Positions 49,886 to 63,559 of a stretch of 64,000 bases of DNA are shown here, piece by piece. Origin of the DNA: Tubulanus polymorphus (taxonomy: Eukaryota; Animalia; Nemertea); contig NC_134030.1 in assembly GCF_964204645.1 (NCBI RefSeq), positions 13,572,656 through 13,636,655 of the forward strand, read 5' to 3'. Position 1 is the stretch's first letter, and each line of letters opens with the position of its first letter. Under the pieces are notes generated by a model. That model saw nothing but the letters and a program-made list of their open reading frames with translations. It ran no database searches and had not been told where the DNA came from. Both the position numbers and the translations under genes were made by a program.

Positions 49886-52800
49886 TTATGGACAGATATA
49901 GTTAGGAACCCAAGAAAGCATGTGGTGGTAAGACCAAGTGCATTGAATAATGTTACATTGGGAATTGATATTAGTAAATGCAAGATCAATTCTTGTATTT
50001 TGTTCAGTAGTTTTGTCAGAAGGAAGTAACTTAAGATGCGATGCTTTTTCAATCTTTGAGATTTTATCAGTATTTACTTGGTTATCAGCATCAATATTGA
50101 AATCGCCAATGATTAAAACATTATCATGCATCTGGAAATGTAGAGTAATATCACTCAGTTTCATTAGGAAATTAGTGAGAGTACAATTTGGAGCTTTGTA
50201 GAGAATAACTAGCTTAAGAAGTAAATTGTTGCTAAGTACATTTAGTACAGAAGCCTCAAATTCATTAGTTGAGTGATGTGTGATATCCATAACGATAATA
50301 TTAGACTGTATAAATGACAAGCCCATGGAAAGGGCGATGGGTAGAGTGAGATACTTGTTGATCGTTTCGGTGTAACGTGAATCCAGGTATAGCATAAGTA
50401 TCATTGAAATCTGAGTGGGTCAACCTTGATTCACATAAACCTATAATGTCAGCAGCTATGAAATTAGGGTCACTTTTCATGTCATTGAAATGTTGAAACA
50501 ATGATTGTGCATTGTGGAATACCAGTTTCAGTTGATTGTCAGCTTCGTAATAAACAGGATTATAGCATATTTTAAGAGCTTGTGTGGAACACAATCTTTT
50601 CATTTCTTGAACAACGGTTTCATCGACAGAAATTTTGTGCTCATTCAGATTCAGAGTGTGTAGTCCATTTATATTCCTGACACGGCTCAATGCTACATAG
50701 TGGGCATGTTTCATTTTACGGTTACCCAAGTCAACAACTATGTTTGAAACAGTATCAGCTTGAGATTTATGAATTGTTTTTGCAGCACTTTGTTTTAGAG
50801 GAAACTGTGAACGTACAATTGTGACATAGTTTCTAGTTGCAAAAAAGTTTCGTTTCATAGCAAATATGGGAGTCCATTTTGAATCTATTGTGGTGTTATA
50901 GTAATGTCTGTATTGCTTTCTAGTTTCTGCACCTATTGAGCTTTCATAGAAATCCACCCATAAAATGCTAGGTTTATTACTCTGAGTTTGATAGTCAATT
51001 TTTTTCAAGAGGCAAGAGGTACCATTTGTAATTCCATCTTCAACATTTATATTGACTGTTGTTTCATAAACTAGATCAATTGCTAAATACACTTTATGAG
51101 ACAAATTAGCTGTAGCTGACATTTTTGATGATAATGTTTTCAATATTTTCAATTTAGTTTCTTGAGCCAGGTCACCCAATACTATATCATGAGATTCAAC
51201 TTCAACCTTTTGAGTAGATGATAATTGGTAGACAACTGTATTGTAACTATCAACAGCCAAGTTTGTTGGGTATAAATGTACTATAGATGACAAGTTAGAT
51301 GAATCCGTAATAATTCTGGTTTTAAGAAGTTTGATATCTTCTTCAGAATGTTTACATTCTCTTAGCCTGTTAAGTAGTGCAGCAAATTGAAGGTCATCTT
51401 TTTGTCTCATTATTTGAGTCAATTCCTTCATTGTGAAATATTCTTGCCATAAGTTAGTAGCAAGGCTACCATATGGTTGGTTGAGGTCTTTAAATATCCA
51501 GCTGTCCAGTACAGGAGGCAATTGAAACAGGTCACCACAAAGCACTATATGTATATTGCCAAATGGATTTTTATTGCACTTGATTTCTTCTAATCGCAAG
51601 TTTATGAAATTAAACAGTTTGTTTCCAACCATGGAAAACTCATCAATGATAAGCACTTGTAATTTGGCATATTTGGCTTGCAATGTATTTAAATGGTCAC
51701 TACTTAATGGCTTGTAAGCATAACCTCTGTTTGGATCTATCTTTAGTGCATGGTGTAAAGTTGTTCCTTTCACTATGTGTGCAGCTTTACCAGTTGGTGC
51801 GCATATGAGTCTTTTACAAATACTGGGGTCTTCCCCTTCATTTGATCCTAAGTAGCGATGAAGTGCTTGAAACAATGTTTGAATACAAAGTGACTTTCCA
51901 ACACCTGCGCCTCCTGACAGAATAGCGTGAAGTGGCTCACGTTTAGTTTTAATCCATGTGAGAATGTGGGTAAAGAATTCATGCTGGTCACGATTTAGTG
52001 ATTGCACCATTTTTCTGTATTCAACATCTGGTACACGTGAACTGATAGGATCAAGTGAGATGGAATAGGAGCTTAGAGGTAATCCAATGTCATGACCAAT
52101 GTCATATTGTTCATGTTGAGCAAGTGTTGGGTGAAAGAAACTATATTGGTCACTGTCAGAAGAATTTGTAAGCAAATCTTCAGCATCCTGTTGAACAGAA
52201 TCAGGAGCTATATCACAGTACTCTAAATTGTCATTTTGGACAAGATCAACAGCTTCATCCAATACTTGGGAGGAAGTGAATTCATATTCATTTTGCTTTT
52301 GCATAATGGTTGTGGTTTGTTGTAAGTGTTCATAATGTTGTACATGGTCTAAGAATTGGGCCTTGATATCAGTGTGTTCACAACGCCAAGGGTGGTAAAG
52401 CAGTATCTTTTCTCTTGCACAATTGTCAGGATCTAATGATTGATTGTAACGCACATATCTTATAATGCGCTGCACCTTTCGAGATTTGATTGTTATTGAT
52501 GGTAATGAAATATTGACTAAATCACCTGAGCAACAGTCAGCAGGTAGTGTATGCGATTCTGTATCATCAAGGTTGTCATCATAGATATCTTGTTCTTGGT
52601 TATGGAGATAATGTATGTTAAGTTTAGATACGTAGTCAGCTAAGCACCAATTGTTGAGCTGTTTAGGACGCTTTGAGTACCTCGTAATAATATTACCAGC
52701 TTCTATGTCTGTAGAGTTAGGGTCTAATTTTTCAAGGTTTTCTTTCGATTTAATCAGGAGAGTACGCTCATGAGGTGGAGATGTAGGAATAAAAGCAACG

Positions 52801-55800
52801 TCCCGAGTAGCTCTAGAAAGAGGCAATTGCAGAGTGAGGTAAACAGCTTCTTGAGCGCTAATTTCACAAGCATTTAGGAACTTATTGCCTATGTGACGAA
52901 CTTGTTGCTGCAGAGATTTGTTTTCACTATGTGCTTCTTTCGATGCTTTGTCCAATAAAAGGCTCATTCCACGCTGGCTTTTGGTAATGTAAGCCACCAT
53001 ATAAGTAGCAACAGCATAAGGGTCAAGGATCATTTGTATATCGTGATTTGCATTCCAACAACATAGTAGATTTCTCATATATGGGTTAATCCTAACGTCA
53101 CAAGGTTGCCTTTGCAAGAAAATTTTAGTGCTTTTCAAGGAGCTTTGTATGGCTTTGAGATAATCTTCTTCAGACATTTGGAGTTCTTTCAAAAGGTCAA
53201 GAAATGACAGGTTTGAGCTAGTTTCAAGAGAGTCTAATTTCTGTTTGATAAGATTGTAATAAGTCATATATTTTTCTTTTTCTGCAGATGTCTTACACTG
53301 TAGAGGATGAAGTATCAAGGTTTTGGGCAATGGTGGCATTGGGAAATTGAAACGACAAATTGGGTGACCATTTTTTCGGCATGTCCTTGAATGTTTATGT
53401 TTCTGAAGGTTTAGACATTCAACAGAAATTGGATCAGCAATCTGAGAGCTGCAAGACACATATTTGTCTACAAAATCAATGACAATTGAATCATCGTCAA
53501 TTCCATAGTGTGGAGCATCTTGGGTCCAAATAAGCATATGTATATGAGGACTTCCTCGATGTTGGAATTCTACACGGTAGAAATAGTCAGTGCATTTTCC
53601 AAGGGGATTGGCAGAGCTTTTAAGCACTATGTTGATAAACTGTTGACAGCGATAATCAAAGTAACGGGCACATGTTACAGGATCTTGTTGAATTAAGCGA
53701 GTTCACTGTGTCCAAGACATTGATTCTATTTCTTCATCTGTGTAAAGTGTCTTGTTGACTAATTGACCTAAGATTCTTATTAATTCTACCCATCTAGTGT
53801 CAGCAGCTGACAACGAAATGAACCAGGTCGGTAAACCTAATTGTCTAATCATTGCAAAGACATCCTTTTTTCTCTTTTCAAGGTAAGTAGGTGAATTTCT
53901 GACAGTTTTAAAGATACGGTAACCCTCATCTAGCTGTACCAATGAAGATATACAAGATTTATCTAGAACGCTTCTTGCAGTAATTGTCCTGTCAACAATT
54001 TTGCATCTTCGTAATGCAAGACTGACTTTATCAGTTAATTGTTTGAGCTGAAGTTTTTTTGTCTTGAAAAAAAGATTAGGAACCGATTTAGCAACACGAC
54101 GATCAACATTGCGTAGCTCCCATTTACAGATTTCACTGTAATGGACTGGTCTGATTCTGTCTTTGTTTTCAATTCTACTTTGGCCACAGTATATAGAAGG
54201 AAATGCTAATATTTCAGCATTAGGATCTTGGTATAAAGAGATGGGAGAACTGTGTTCACCTGGAGCAATTTGAAGATAGCTACTGATATCGGGCATACAA
54301 GTATCAAGAAGAGTTTCCAATGTTCCTGGTACATCTGATTCGTCAATTTCACTGAAATTATCATCATCAGTTGTAGAATTTTCATTTGTCGTAACAAGAT
54401 CATGGTCAATAGAATCATCATCAATGTCAGATTGAGAGATAGAATTTGATTCTTTTAATCGAGTCATCCAAGTTTCATCAATTTCAATGTTTGATTCTTT
54501 GTACAAAGTACTATTTTCTAGAAGCCAATGAATAGCTGATACGACCATTAAAGGACGAACGTTTTCAGAAAAAACATTGGATTTGTAAGCCAGTTTCCTT
54601 TTCAGCTGTACTGGTATCGTGTCTATATTATTGTGTGCTCTGGGTAAAGTATGGATAATTTCTTGTAAATCGTTAGGGACATTAACTACCATTCCTTTGA
54701 TACAATGTTGTTGACCACGTGGAAGTTCTCTAATTTGCATGAAAGGTATTCGTAGAGCTATCAAGCGCTCTTCAAGTGGTTCTAAGTTTAGTTCAGGTGG
54801 TTTAACAGGAAAACACATTCCGTTCACCAAGGACAACTTAGGAATTTTATTGAGTTTAATATCATTGTAGCAGGTGATACAAATCCATTCTGAAGCGTTT
54901 GCAGATACATAGTTAGTCAAACAATTACGAGGAAACGATGAAGGAACTTTTTTAACTGAATGTTGAAACCATGTTTGATGGCACGATGAACAAACATATA
55001 TACGGCCATCTTTTATTTTCTTCCGGAATTCTATGATGGGTAATGTCAAATCTGTCGGATTACTCATTTCAGGAAGAGAGTCAAAGGTTGATGCTAATAT
55101 TTCAACATATGGCATATCATTCATGGTATTACAGTTGTGCAATATTTTGGGTATGTTGGTGCTAGAAATAGGAAATTCCTGTGAAGGTGTTGCTTTAAGT
55201 TTTCTCTTTTTACTTAGTGAATCATGGTCATGTATTATGTTCATTTTTCGTTTTCTAAGTTGTCGCCGCTTGTCATTGTTCTTATTTTTGAACGATTCAT
55301 CTTTCAATAGCTCTCTTTTGCGTATTCGATTCCTAAATTTGATTAATTGCTTACAACTTTGTTTAATATTCTGGTCACTAAAGTATTGTTGTAATCCATG
55401 GAAGCATGTTCTTTGTTGTTGTGGATGCAAAGTAATAGGTTGAATTTCATAGTTGACGACAGACTGGTTAAAAGCAGGTGCATATATAGTACAGATAAAA
55501 TGACTCAATGTTTCTATACTTGAGAAGTACAGCAAGGCTGCAGAACCATCTTGAACAGGCAGACCATTGGCATCACGAGAATGGGAATCAAAAAGACATA
55601 GTCTGTTTGACATGTCTTTGAATACAGATATAGCATAACTATCAATTATCAATAATGCAGAGGTAACGATTTTTAAGGAATTGGACAATGCAGTAGTGAA
55701 TTCATTGTTGCATCTGTTAGATGTGGTTGTCATAGAACCAGTTGTATTATTTAACAAGTTCATAGTAAAAGAAGCTTCACTAAGAGATATGGTGGACGGC

Positions 55801-56237
55801 AATTCATCAAATGAGAGATAAGAATGTGAAGATGTCTTTCTAACTGTTTTGTATAAGCTATCTCCTTCAATTAATACGTGGTCTAATAAATTTTGCGAAT
55901 GGATTTTAGATGACTGAAGCAAGCAGACAGCTACAAGAGCATTACATGTACACTGTCTGCCTATCGATTCAACAGTAAAGATGGGACTGGCTTGATGAAA
56001 ACTTGCCAACAGACATTGAACAATGCATGTATTTTCAATTGATGGGTGCTCACAAAGAGAGCAAGATACATATTCAGTATGTAAAAGTGAATCCTCGGAA
56101 GGATTCTTATCATTTGAAAATGTATTTGAATTGGAGGAACATGCAACCTCCTGCAGTTTTTGAGGGGCTGCAACCCTGTGCATGTTTGAAGATCTGTGTG
56201 AATGTATCTGTAAAAAAGGAATTAAATGTAACATCAT
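49886..56237 (-). pseudogene. Helentron RepHel polyprotein: C76-like peptidase, Zn finger, HUH Rep, Pif1 helicase, AP endonuclease
   Basis: GRQCTCN and FDSH; VEFQHRGSPHIH and YMVAYITK; GGAGVGKS, IDEFSM, GDLFQLPPV and YVALSR; CESRL, GDFN and RID. One in-frame TGA at 53703 and one frameshift near 50303. Confidence 0.93.
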
Positions 56238-57187
56238 TACAACATTTTTTCATAGAAAGGGCATATCATACAGAAGGGTGCAGAATGAAGTAACTGACTT
56301 TTGCAACATTCTTTATGCGACAAGAATTTTTTTTGCGAGGCATATTGTTTTTCAGATTTTGAATTAATGTCTAAAATGAACGGAATGACATTAGGACATA
56401 ATAGTAGTGCACGAAGTGAAATTACTGGGGTATATAGATTCGGTCTCAGAAGAAGAACACTACGTGGATAAGTTAACTGTTCATATTATAACTGTTTCTA
56501 TTTTTCTGTGATGATGCTAAATAGATATTACCTATAATACAATTCATTCAATTGATATCAATTGTGAATCCTTGACTGCCTTTCAGGTTGTATTTAAATG
56601 ATGGAGATGTAGTACGATTCCCTCTGGTTGCATGTAATTAGGATTTAAAATGTTTGAAAGAGCTATGTTTTTGACGTAGAGTCAAATCAGGGCCAAATTT
56701 GGTTTTCGTAGCTAGTCGACTAGTGGTCGAAACTAATAACCGAATGCGCTTGATTTTGGAAGTATTTCCAGAAATTAATTCCGATTAACGGACATTATGT
56801 TTCACCTAGTTTGATTAACTCCGAAAACCAAAGGTTGCTCAGGCTGGGGGAATGGTGTGTATAGAACAAGATTTAGACCACACAGAAACACCTGTGTCTC
56901 ACAGGGAAGAAAGTCACCATAGAAGAAAAATCCAGAAAATTAAAAGTTATACATCTGCCCGATGTTGTGAGCACCGAAGGCGCGAAGCAACCCCTGGGGG
57001 TTTTTGGGGTTTCGGCCCAAGGAAATTTTTGAAATTAAAAGCGTTTTCCTAACACTTAAGAGCAATCTTGAGCCCATGAACAATCACCATATTTGGAAAT
57101 TAATGTCCATTTCCAATGCGGCACGTCCACATTTCACTAACAATCAGCGTCTCAAGCAGTGGAGGTGGAACCCCTAAATAAGTGAAC

Positions 57188-58143
57188 ATAGTGCGCTGTG
57201 CTACTCGAATGACTGTATTGATAAAGACATGACGCTATGTTTTCTCACTATACATATGAGGTCACGTCACACAGGTGCACGGCTATCGCGGAAAGATCAA
57301 TAATTGTAACAAAAGGAAATTAGACACTTGTTAAACGTCTGTAAAACAAAATAAATGTTGTCCGGTCTGCGGCGCTATTACGGCCACTGGGACCAACAAA
57401 CTTTGGAATAAACCCTAACCCCCCTCACATTTTCTCATCGTTTTTACGCTTTTCAGAAAATGACCTTGGGCTTGAAAAATCCAGAATTCTGGATAAATCC
57501 GGAAAACTTTCCTCCCTGGTCTCAGGAGGACAATCATTGAAAGAGGTAGGTAGGGAAATTTATCAAAAAAAGGTTTAAAAGTGTTCTGTGATAGGTGCGA
57601 GGTCACTGAAACTTTAGATAGGACTAAATAACCAGTAAACAACTGACTGGCGGTTGTAGAATGTAGATAGTGCGCTGTGCTACTCGAATGACTGTATTGA
57701 TAAAGACATGACGTTATGTTTTCTCACTATACATATGAGGTCACGTCACACAGGTGCACGGCTATCGCGGAAAGATCAATAATTGTAACAAAAGGAAATT
57801 AGACACTTGTTAAACGTCTGTAAAACAAAATAAATGTCCGGTCTGCGGCGCTATTACGGCCACTGGGACCAACAAACTTTGGAATAAACCCTAACCCCCC
57901 TCACATTTTCTCATCGTTTTTACGCTTTTCAGAAAATGACCTTGGGCTTGAAAAATCCAGAATTCTGGATAAATCCGGAAAACTTTCCTCCCTGGTCTCA
58001 GGAGGACAATCATTGAAAGAGGTAGGTAGGGAAATTTATCAAAAAAAGGTTTAAAAGTGTTCTGTGATAGGTGCGAGGTCACTGAAACTTTAGATAGGAC
58101 TAAATAACCAGTAAACAACTGACTGGCAGTTGTAGAATGTAGA
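57188..58143. repeat. tandem duplication, about 477 bp x2
   Basis: Near-identical units starting at 57188 and 57667; identical 75-aa ORFs. Confidence 0.95.
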
Positions 58144-61100
58144 GCTTTGCAATCAGTTGGCCATAAGTATTTTGTAGAAAAGTGTCATCCAAAAATTTGA
58201 AATATGAATGGTAGGTAATATATAACTTTGAAATAACAGATATTGAAATTGAGCTCGAGGAAAATGGTTTTATATAGATGAGGCCTCAGAATATTGTGAT
58301 CTGAATGTGTGATATTGCGACACTAAACATTAGTTTGTTGGCACTGGAGATGTATATGTTGAATTGAAGTACATCACATGTTTTGAATTGATTTGAACTA
58401 TGCTCACGTTATTAGTCATATATAAATGTTGAACATGTAATTTAGTATGTTATCTCCTACTTGAGATCAGTTTATTAGGTCTTTAAATGTTTAAAACAAA
58501 AAACCCTGACCAATTTTAGGCCTATTCACTGCCTGATGAATAGTTGAAAATGAATAATAATAAATTAAATTCAACAGATACTAACTAGCATGACAAACAT
58601 GCCATGGTCTCATTCAGCAAAAAAATTTGTCAACATCAATCTAAGTATAAAAGGGAAGTAGTAGTAGCTCAGCTTATAAAATATTTAGCTGACATGCAAT
58701 CATATATCCATAATAATCCCTTAATGTCGTCAAGAAATCAACATGCTTGGATTCTACATTGATAATCTCTCAAGAATGGCATCAAATATAAATTGGAAAT
58801 ACATTCAAAAAATATCACAGAAATAGCAGTGTAGATATAGTGTATTTTTCTTTTAACTTCTGATAAACAATTGGCAGTTAAGGATCACTACGCGACTATA
58901 TAAAATCATAATGGAAGAACAGGGGTCATAATCGGTTGTCAAAAATATATTGGCATTGAAATTACAAATTTTTCAAGAATGGAGTAGTAACATCAACCGA
59001 CGCCTAAGCGAGCGCCAAAGGCGTCCTTACGGAAGAGTCTGGGGGACCTCGTTCAGAAAATTTTATATATTTGGAATGCTCTAGATGCACAATGGGCATT
59101 AGAATTACACAAAATCAATAATAAAATCACTAAGACAGCCTTTTTCATTGTTTAAAACCATTTACACAGTTGCCAGATGGTTGCGCCATCTATGACATGT
59201 GTATTTTCTGTTGGTTTCTTGTCACTGCATTCAGTCGAACTCAAGATATAGACAACGCAACTGTGTATCGATTTTCTGTGGATCAAGTAATTTTAGAAGG
59301 CTATGTTGTACTATTTATAGCTGCAGTAGGCTATTGTGCAATATATCGACAAAACAATACTCCAAGACGCTTTTACGGTCTGATTGAGTCTGATCGATAA
59401 CAAAACGGATGAAACGCTGGATGAAACTTCAAAATGTGTAAAAAGTGCCGATTTCGGCGAACAATGAGGGCTGCCAGTCAGCCATCTTGATTCTGATTTG
59501 GCCAGTTTTTGGGCTGGAGATGTATCTAGGGTAGATACATGTACAAACCAAATATCAAGACAATCCATTGAAGCGTCTTCAAAATTTCCCAAAATAACTG
59601 GATTCTGTTTACGGCCAAATGGATGAAAAGTGAACGCAATAGTCCGCTGGGACTTAAGTCCCAAGTGGGCTAAAACAATAAGATAAACATTTCGTAGTTA
59701 AGTGTTAACTTGCTGGTATCCTAGAAATATCAGAATATCACCTGACTATAGCAACTTTTGGGCCGATATTTAAGAACGGCAGAGGCATGGAGTTTTATCC
59801 CATCTGGTTTCACATAGGCCTGAGGCCTACTACAGTCACATCAGCAAATACCGATTCTTAATGGGCAATTGTTTATCACAATGGCAGAACTAGAAACAAT
59901 AAGAACTCATGATATTTCCGTGACATTTTAATATTTATTTCCAGTTTAGGCCTATAGGGCCTATTATATCTAGTGCCATTTTTGTGAGACAATCAACAAC
60001 CCCCTAAGTAAAATCGAAGCCAGTTTACAAGCCCGTGTCCGCTATTTATCGGTTTATTGCACTTTCGTACCCCCCCCCTCCTTACAGAAATAAGTCCATC
60101 TCTTATAAAACGTAACCATCTCTTTAAAAATGATATGCATGAATAAATCATTTTAATGTGTTGATTATACAGCTATAGATTTAAAAATGTTCTGACGAAA
60201 AAGTAACATGCCCAAAAACGAAATGTTGTCAATTCAATTGATTGAGACAAAATTGTTCAGACCGTTTTAGTTGATAAATAGTACAAAAACGTAACTACCA
60301 TTTAGGTCGATTTAAATCGATGAAATGATAAAGTGATAACCAAATCTTGACTTCTTTATTTTCCAGACCTCCCTGATATAACAAAGGAAAAAATTTGTGT
60401 GGGTACGAAAGTGCAATCACTGCGCCGACAGAGCCGTGTAAGATCGGCGGTGTGAAAATTGAAGTGGACGAACACGAAGAAATAGGCTATTGCGCTAGGC
60501 CTACTTAATAAATCGCGAAAACTCCTGGCGTGGCCCCGACGCTTTTCGCTAATAAGTGATACAAATATCATGCAATGGGTTTTCACAATCTACTTACCGG
60601 ATTTCGATATCACTCCAAAAATATCGCACCGCAACACGAAACGAACACGATGCAACTCGTAATGAGCACTTCCGGTAGTAACGGCGGCTCCCCAAACGGG
60701 GAAACTTATTTGTTTCAATAAAGTTAAATTCTATTGATAGGATCCATAGTCGGGAACATATAAATAAATTGTACATTGAATTTGATAGACAATTTCCCCG
60801 ATCTTAAGCGATTATCTAGTAGGCCTAACAGACAAACAGTATAAACTGGAACACAAAGAAGTAATTAGTTGCAAATATTTATAATAGTTACTTTTATTTT
60901 CAAATATTTTGTTTCAATAAAGCAATATTGTATCGATCTGTTGATGCGATCCATACTCGGGAACTCATCGCCTTAAGGGTAATTCATACTCGGGACAATT
61001 CACGTGAACAGCTGCTGATATTTACAGATAAACCAATCACAGGGAAGACACAACTTCCTGATTGGCTGATAAAAATTGAAATTTTCCCGATTTCATTTTC

Positions 61101-61593
61101 GTGAAAAATGTCGATTACATTTTAATGAAACCCTATTTCAAAATTCTGCTCGCTACGATTCCGAGAATGGAATACGCTAAAATACGAATATGCCCTCACT
61201 TGGCAAGCAAAAGAGCCTTTTGTGTGGAAACCATGTCATTTAAATTCGCTCCATTTGTATAGTAATAGGCTCAGCCTACGGCTGGCCTAAAAATTGACTT
61301 TGAAATTGATTGTGGAGAAGAGAGGGAATAATTCAATACCTCTTCCTCATAAAGAAGAGAGAAATTTCGGAAAGAAAACACAACATGGCTACTAATTGAA
61401 CGGGGCCAAATTTTCGATGTTTACGGCTCGACAGTGCCTTTATAACGTGGATTTATCAAAATTCCCATGCAGTATCTGGAGATTGAAGTGAGCTGAAGGA
61501 TATCATACGGATTGTATCGGCGACAGCGGTAAGGTAAGGAAGCCTTTACACTTTTAACAAAAGCTATGTGGAAAAGGGAAAAAAAAAATAATA

Positions 61594-61750
61594 ATAATCA
61601 CGCGAATTTCAATAGGGTTTTCTGTGAAGCAACAGAAAACCCTAATAATCACGCGGATATCAATAGGGTTTTCTGTGAAATAACAGAAAACCCTAATAAT
61701 AATAATCAGCAGGAATACAATAGGGTTTTCTGCGAAGGCAGCAGAAACCC

Positions 61751-61784
<34 letters not shown>

Positions 61785-61830
61785 CAGCAGGAATACAATA
61801 GGGTTTCTGCGAAGGCAGCAGAAACCCTAA
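61594..61830 (-). repeat. four stacked HINE-B 5' hairpin cassettes separated by (AAT)n
   Basis: AATAGGGTTTTCTG-N-CAGAAAACCCT four times. Confidence 0.8.
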
Positions 61831-62988
61831 ATATAGCTGCAAAGCAGCGATAACGGGTATCTGCCTTGTTGGGCTGAATACCGTACTAGGGAGGTTGCAA
61901 AAGATTTCACTGAAATCGGTTCATTATGTACCACTATCTGTGAAGACGTGCCACCTAGGGGTTGGCCTGTATCATAGGTCAGCCCATATCATGGATATGT
62001 TGACCCATGGCTCTTAAGTTCAAAGTAATAATGTACCAAGTTTAGGGAAAATAACTTCGAGAATATAGGTGATACAGTGTTCTACCATTCCCTAGTGGCA
62101 GTAGTATCAACAAATCTAGCTGCTTAGCCTAGTATACCTATGTACATGTACTCACACCAGGTTTTGTGATATCTATAATAAAATGGCAGAATTACACCCG
62201 TAAAACGGATGATAGAATGACTTTTCAAGATTAATGCCCCCTAGTGATTAGAATAGGAACTAATTATGTTGTGTATCAATTATTATAGAAATCCCTCTAT
62301 CCAATTAGAAGATATCAATGAAAATACATTTCCAACAACTTGTAGGTGGCGCTACTGGACCATCATATGAGTTACCTACTTAAACCATACATCAATACAA
62401 GTGTCTTGTAAAGGGCTACTAACCACACATTGCAACATCGATTCTATCACCAACGGTTAAGGAGCTAGGAGCAAAAATCTCATTGAAAAATTTGGGGGTC
62501 CCATTTTCGAGCCCGTAGAGCCCATACGGTTAATTGCAGATAGGGCGTGCCATTGACTTTTTTAGCCTCCGGGCTGTCATGAACAACTATCGTGCTCGGC
62601 CGAAGCGGAAAACTCAAAGACAAAATTTTTCTCACACAGCACTTTTTCAATGTCAGAATTTTCAAAAGTAAAACGCCCCCCTGGTGGGTGAAAAGGGTCT
62701 CTAATCAAAGATCCCTTCCACTTACCTCGAGGTACCTATGTTCCGTACATCTCACAAAAGTTTCAAGTAAATCCGTCAAGGAATATTGTAATGCTAGCAG
62801 AATATAGTCATCCAGGCTCTCGCGTATAGATAGCTGCATTCATTAGCTCTATCCAGGCAAGTTACTGCAAGGATGCTATTGCTTGTATGCGGCACAAACA
62901 AGGCTATAAAAATTCCTCAGTTGCGTTCACTCGAGACTGACCTCATTCAGTGTGCCTCATGTATAGTAGCAGAGATAAAAAATACTAA
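61830..62988 (-). mobile_element. HINE family B, 3' portion
   Basis: Homologous to 37599-38652 with the same GCTGCAAAGCAGC terminal palindrome. Confidence 0.7.
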
Positions 62989-63559
62989 AAAACTACAGAT
63001 CTAGTACACAGCTCTATCAATGCTTACAGGGACACTAACACAGACACACGTACTGCGCGCTGTGGGAATGACAAGAAGGCAATACACATACGTAGATGGA
63101 TACTGTTTGAATCGGGCTTAAATTTCGATGTTTAGAGGCTCACAGTGAGTAAACAGTGCAATTCTGATTAATATTATAAACAGTATTTGTCAATGCAGCG
63201 TAGTACTTGTGATACAGAATGGTTTCACCGACAGTGAAAGTAAGTTACAGTTGTTTATATCCTCTAAGTAAGATCCAGGAAGAAAGACACTAAATATTTG
63301 GATGGATATATGAAAGCTGTGGGTACTGGAGTGTGTAATGGGTAGTGATGACTTGAATTGCATGACTACCTACCACCCCTCATTATTGTTGGAAAACTAA
63401 ACGTTCCGCACTGACTAAAAATTGGTAATAACATTTTAGAAATGGCCAGAACTTTAACTTAGGTTCTATCTCATTTTTATTTTACAATTGCGATTGGTAT
63501 AATTTATTTCTAAACGGCCGTTAAGGCTTCATGTTTCGTCTGCAATTCACTGCAAATAG

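Larger units (their letters stand above)
45647..61292 (-). mobile_element. Helentron (endonuclease-encoding Helitron); termini tentative
   Basis: RepHel-EN and RPA-like genes; putative 3' end GGCTGGCC-GCCCCTTGGGGC-TCTTGT at 45647; putative 5' end TTTTTAGGCCAGCC hairpin at 61292. Confidence 0.7.

Noticed and set aside
53703-53705. Functional TGA readthrough or selenocysteine in RepHel
   Set aside because: It interrupts a normally continuous Rep region, the copy has other lesions, and a single point mutation (for example CGA to TGA) explains it
61594-61830. CRISPR-like array
   Set aside because: Eukaryotic context, spacers are (AAT)n microsatellite, no cas genes; the units are HINE termini
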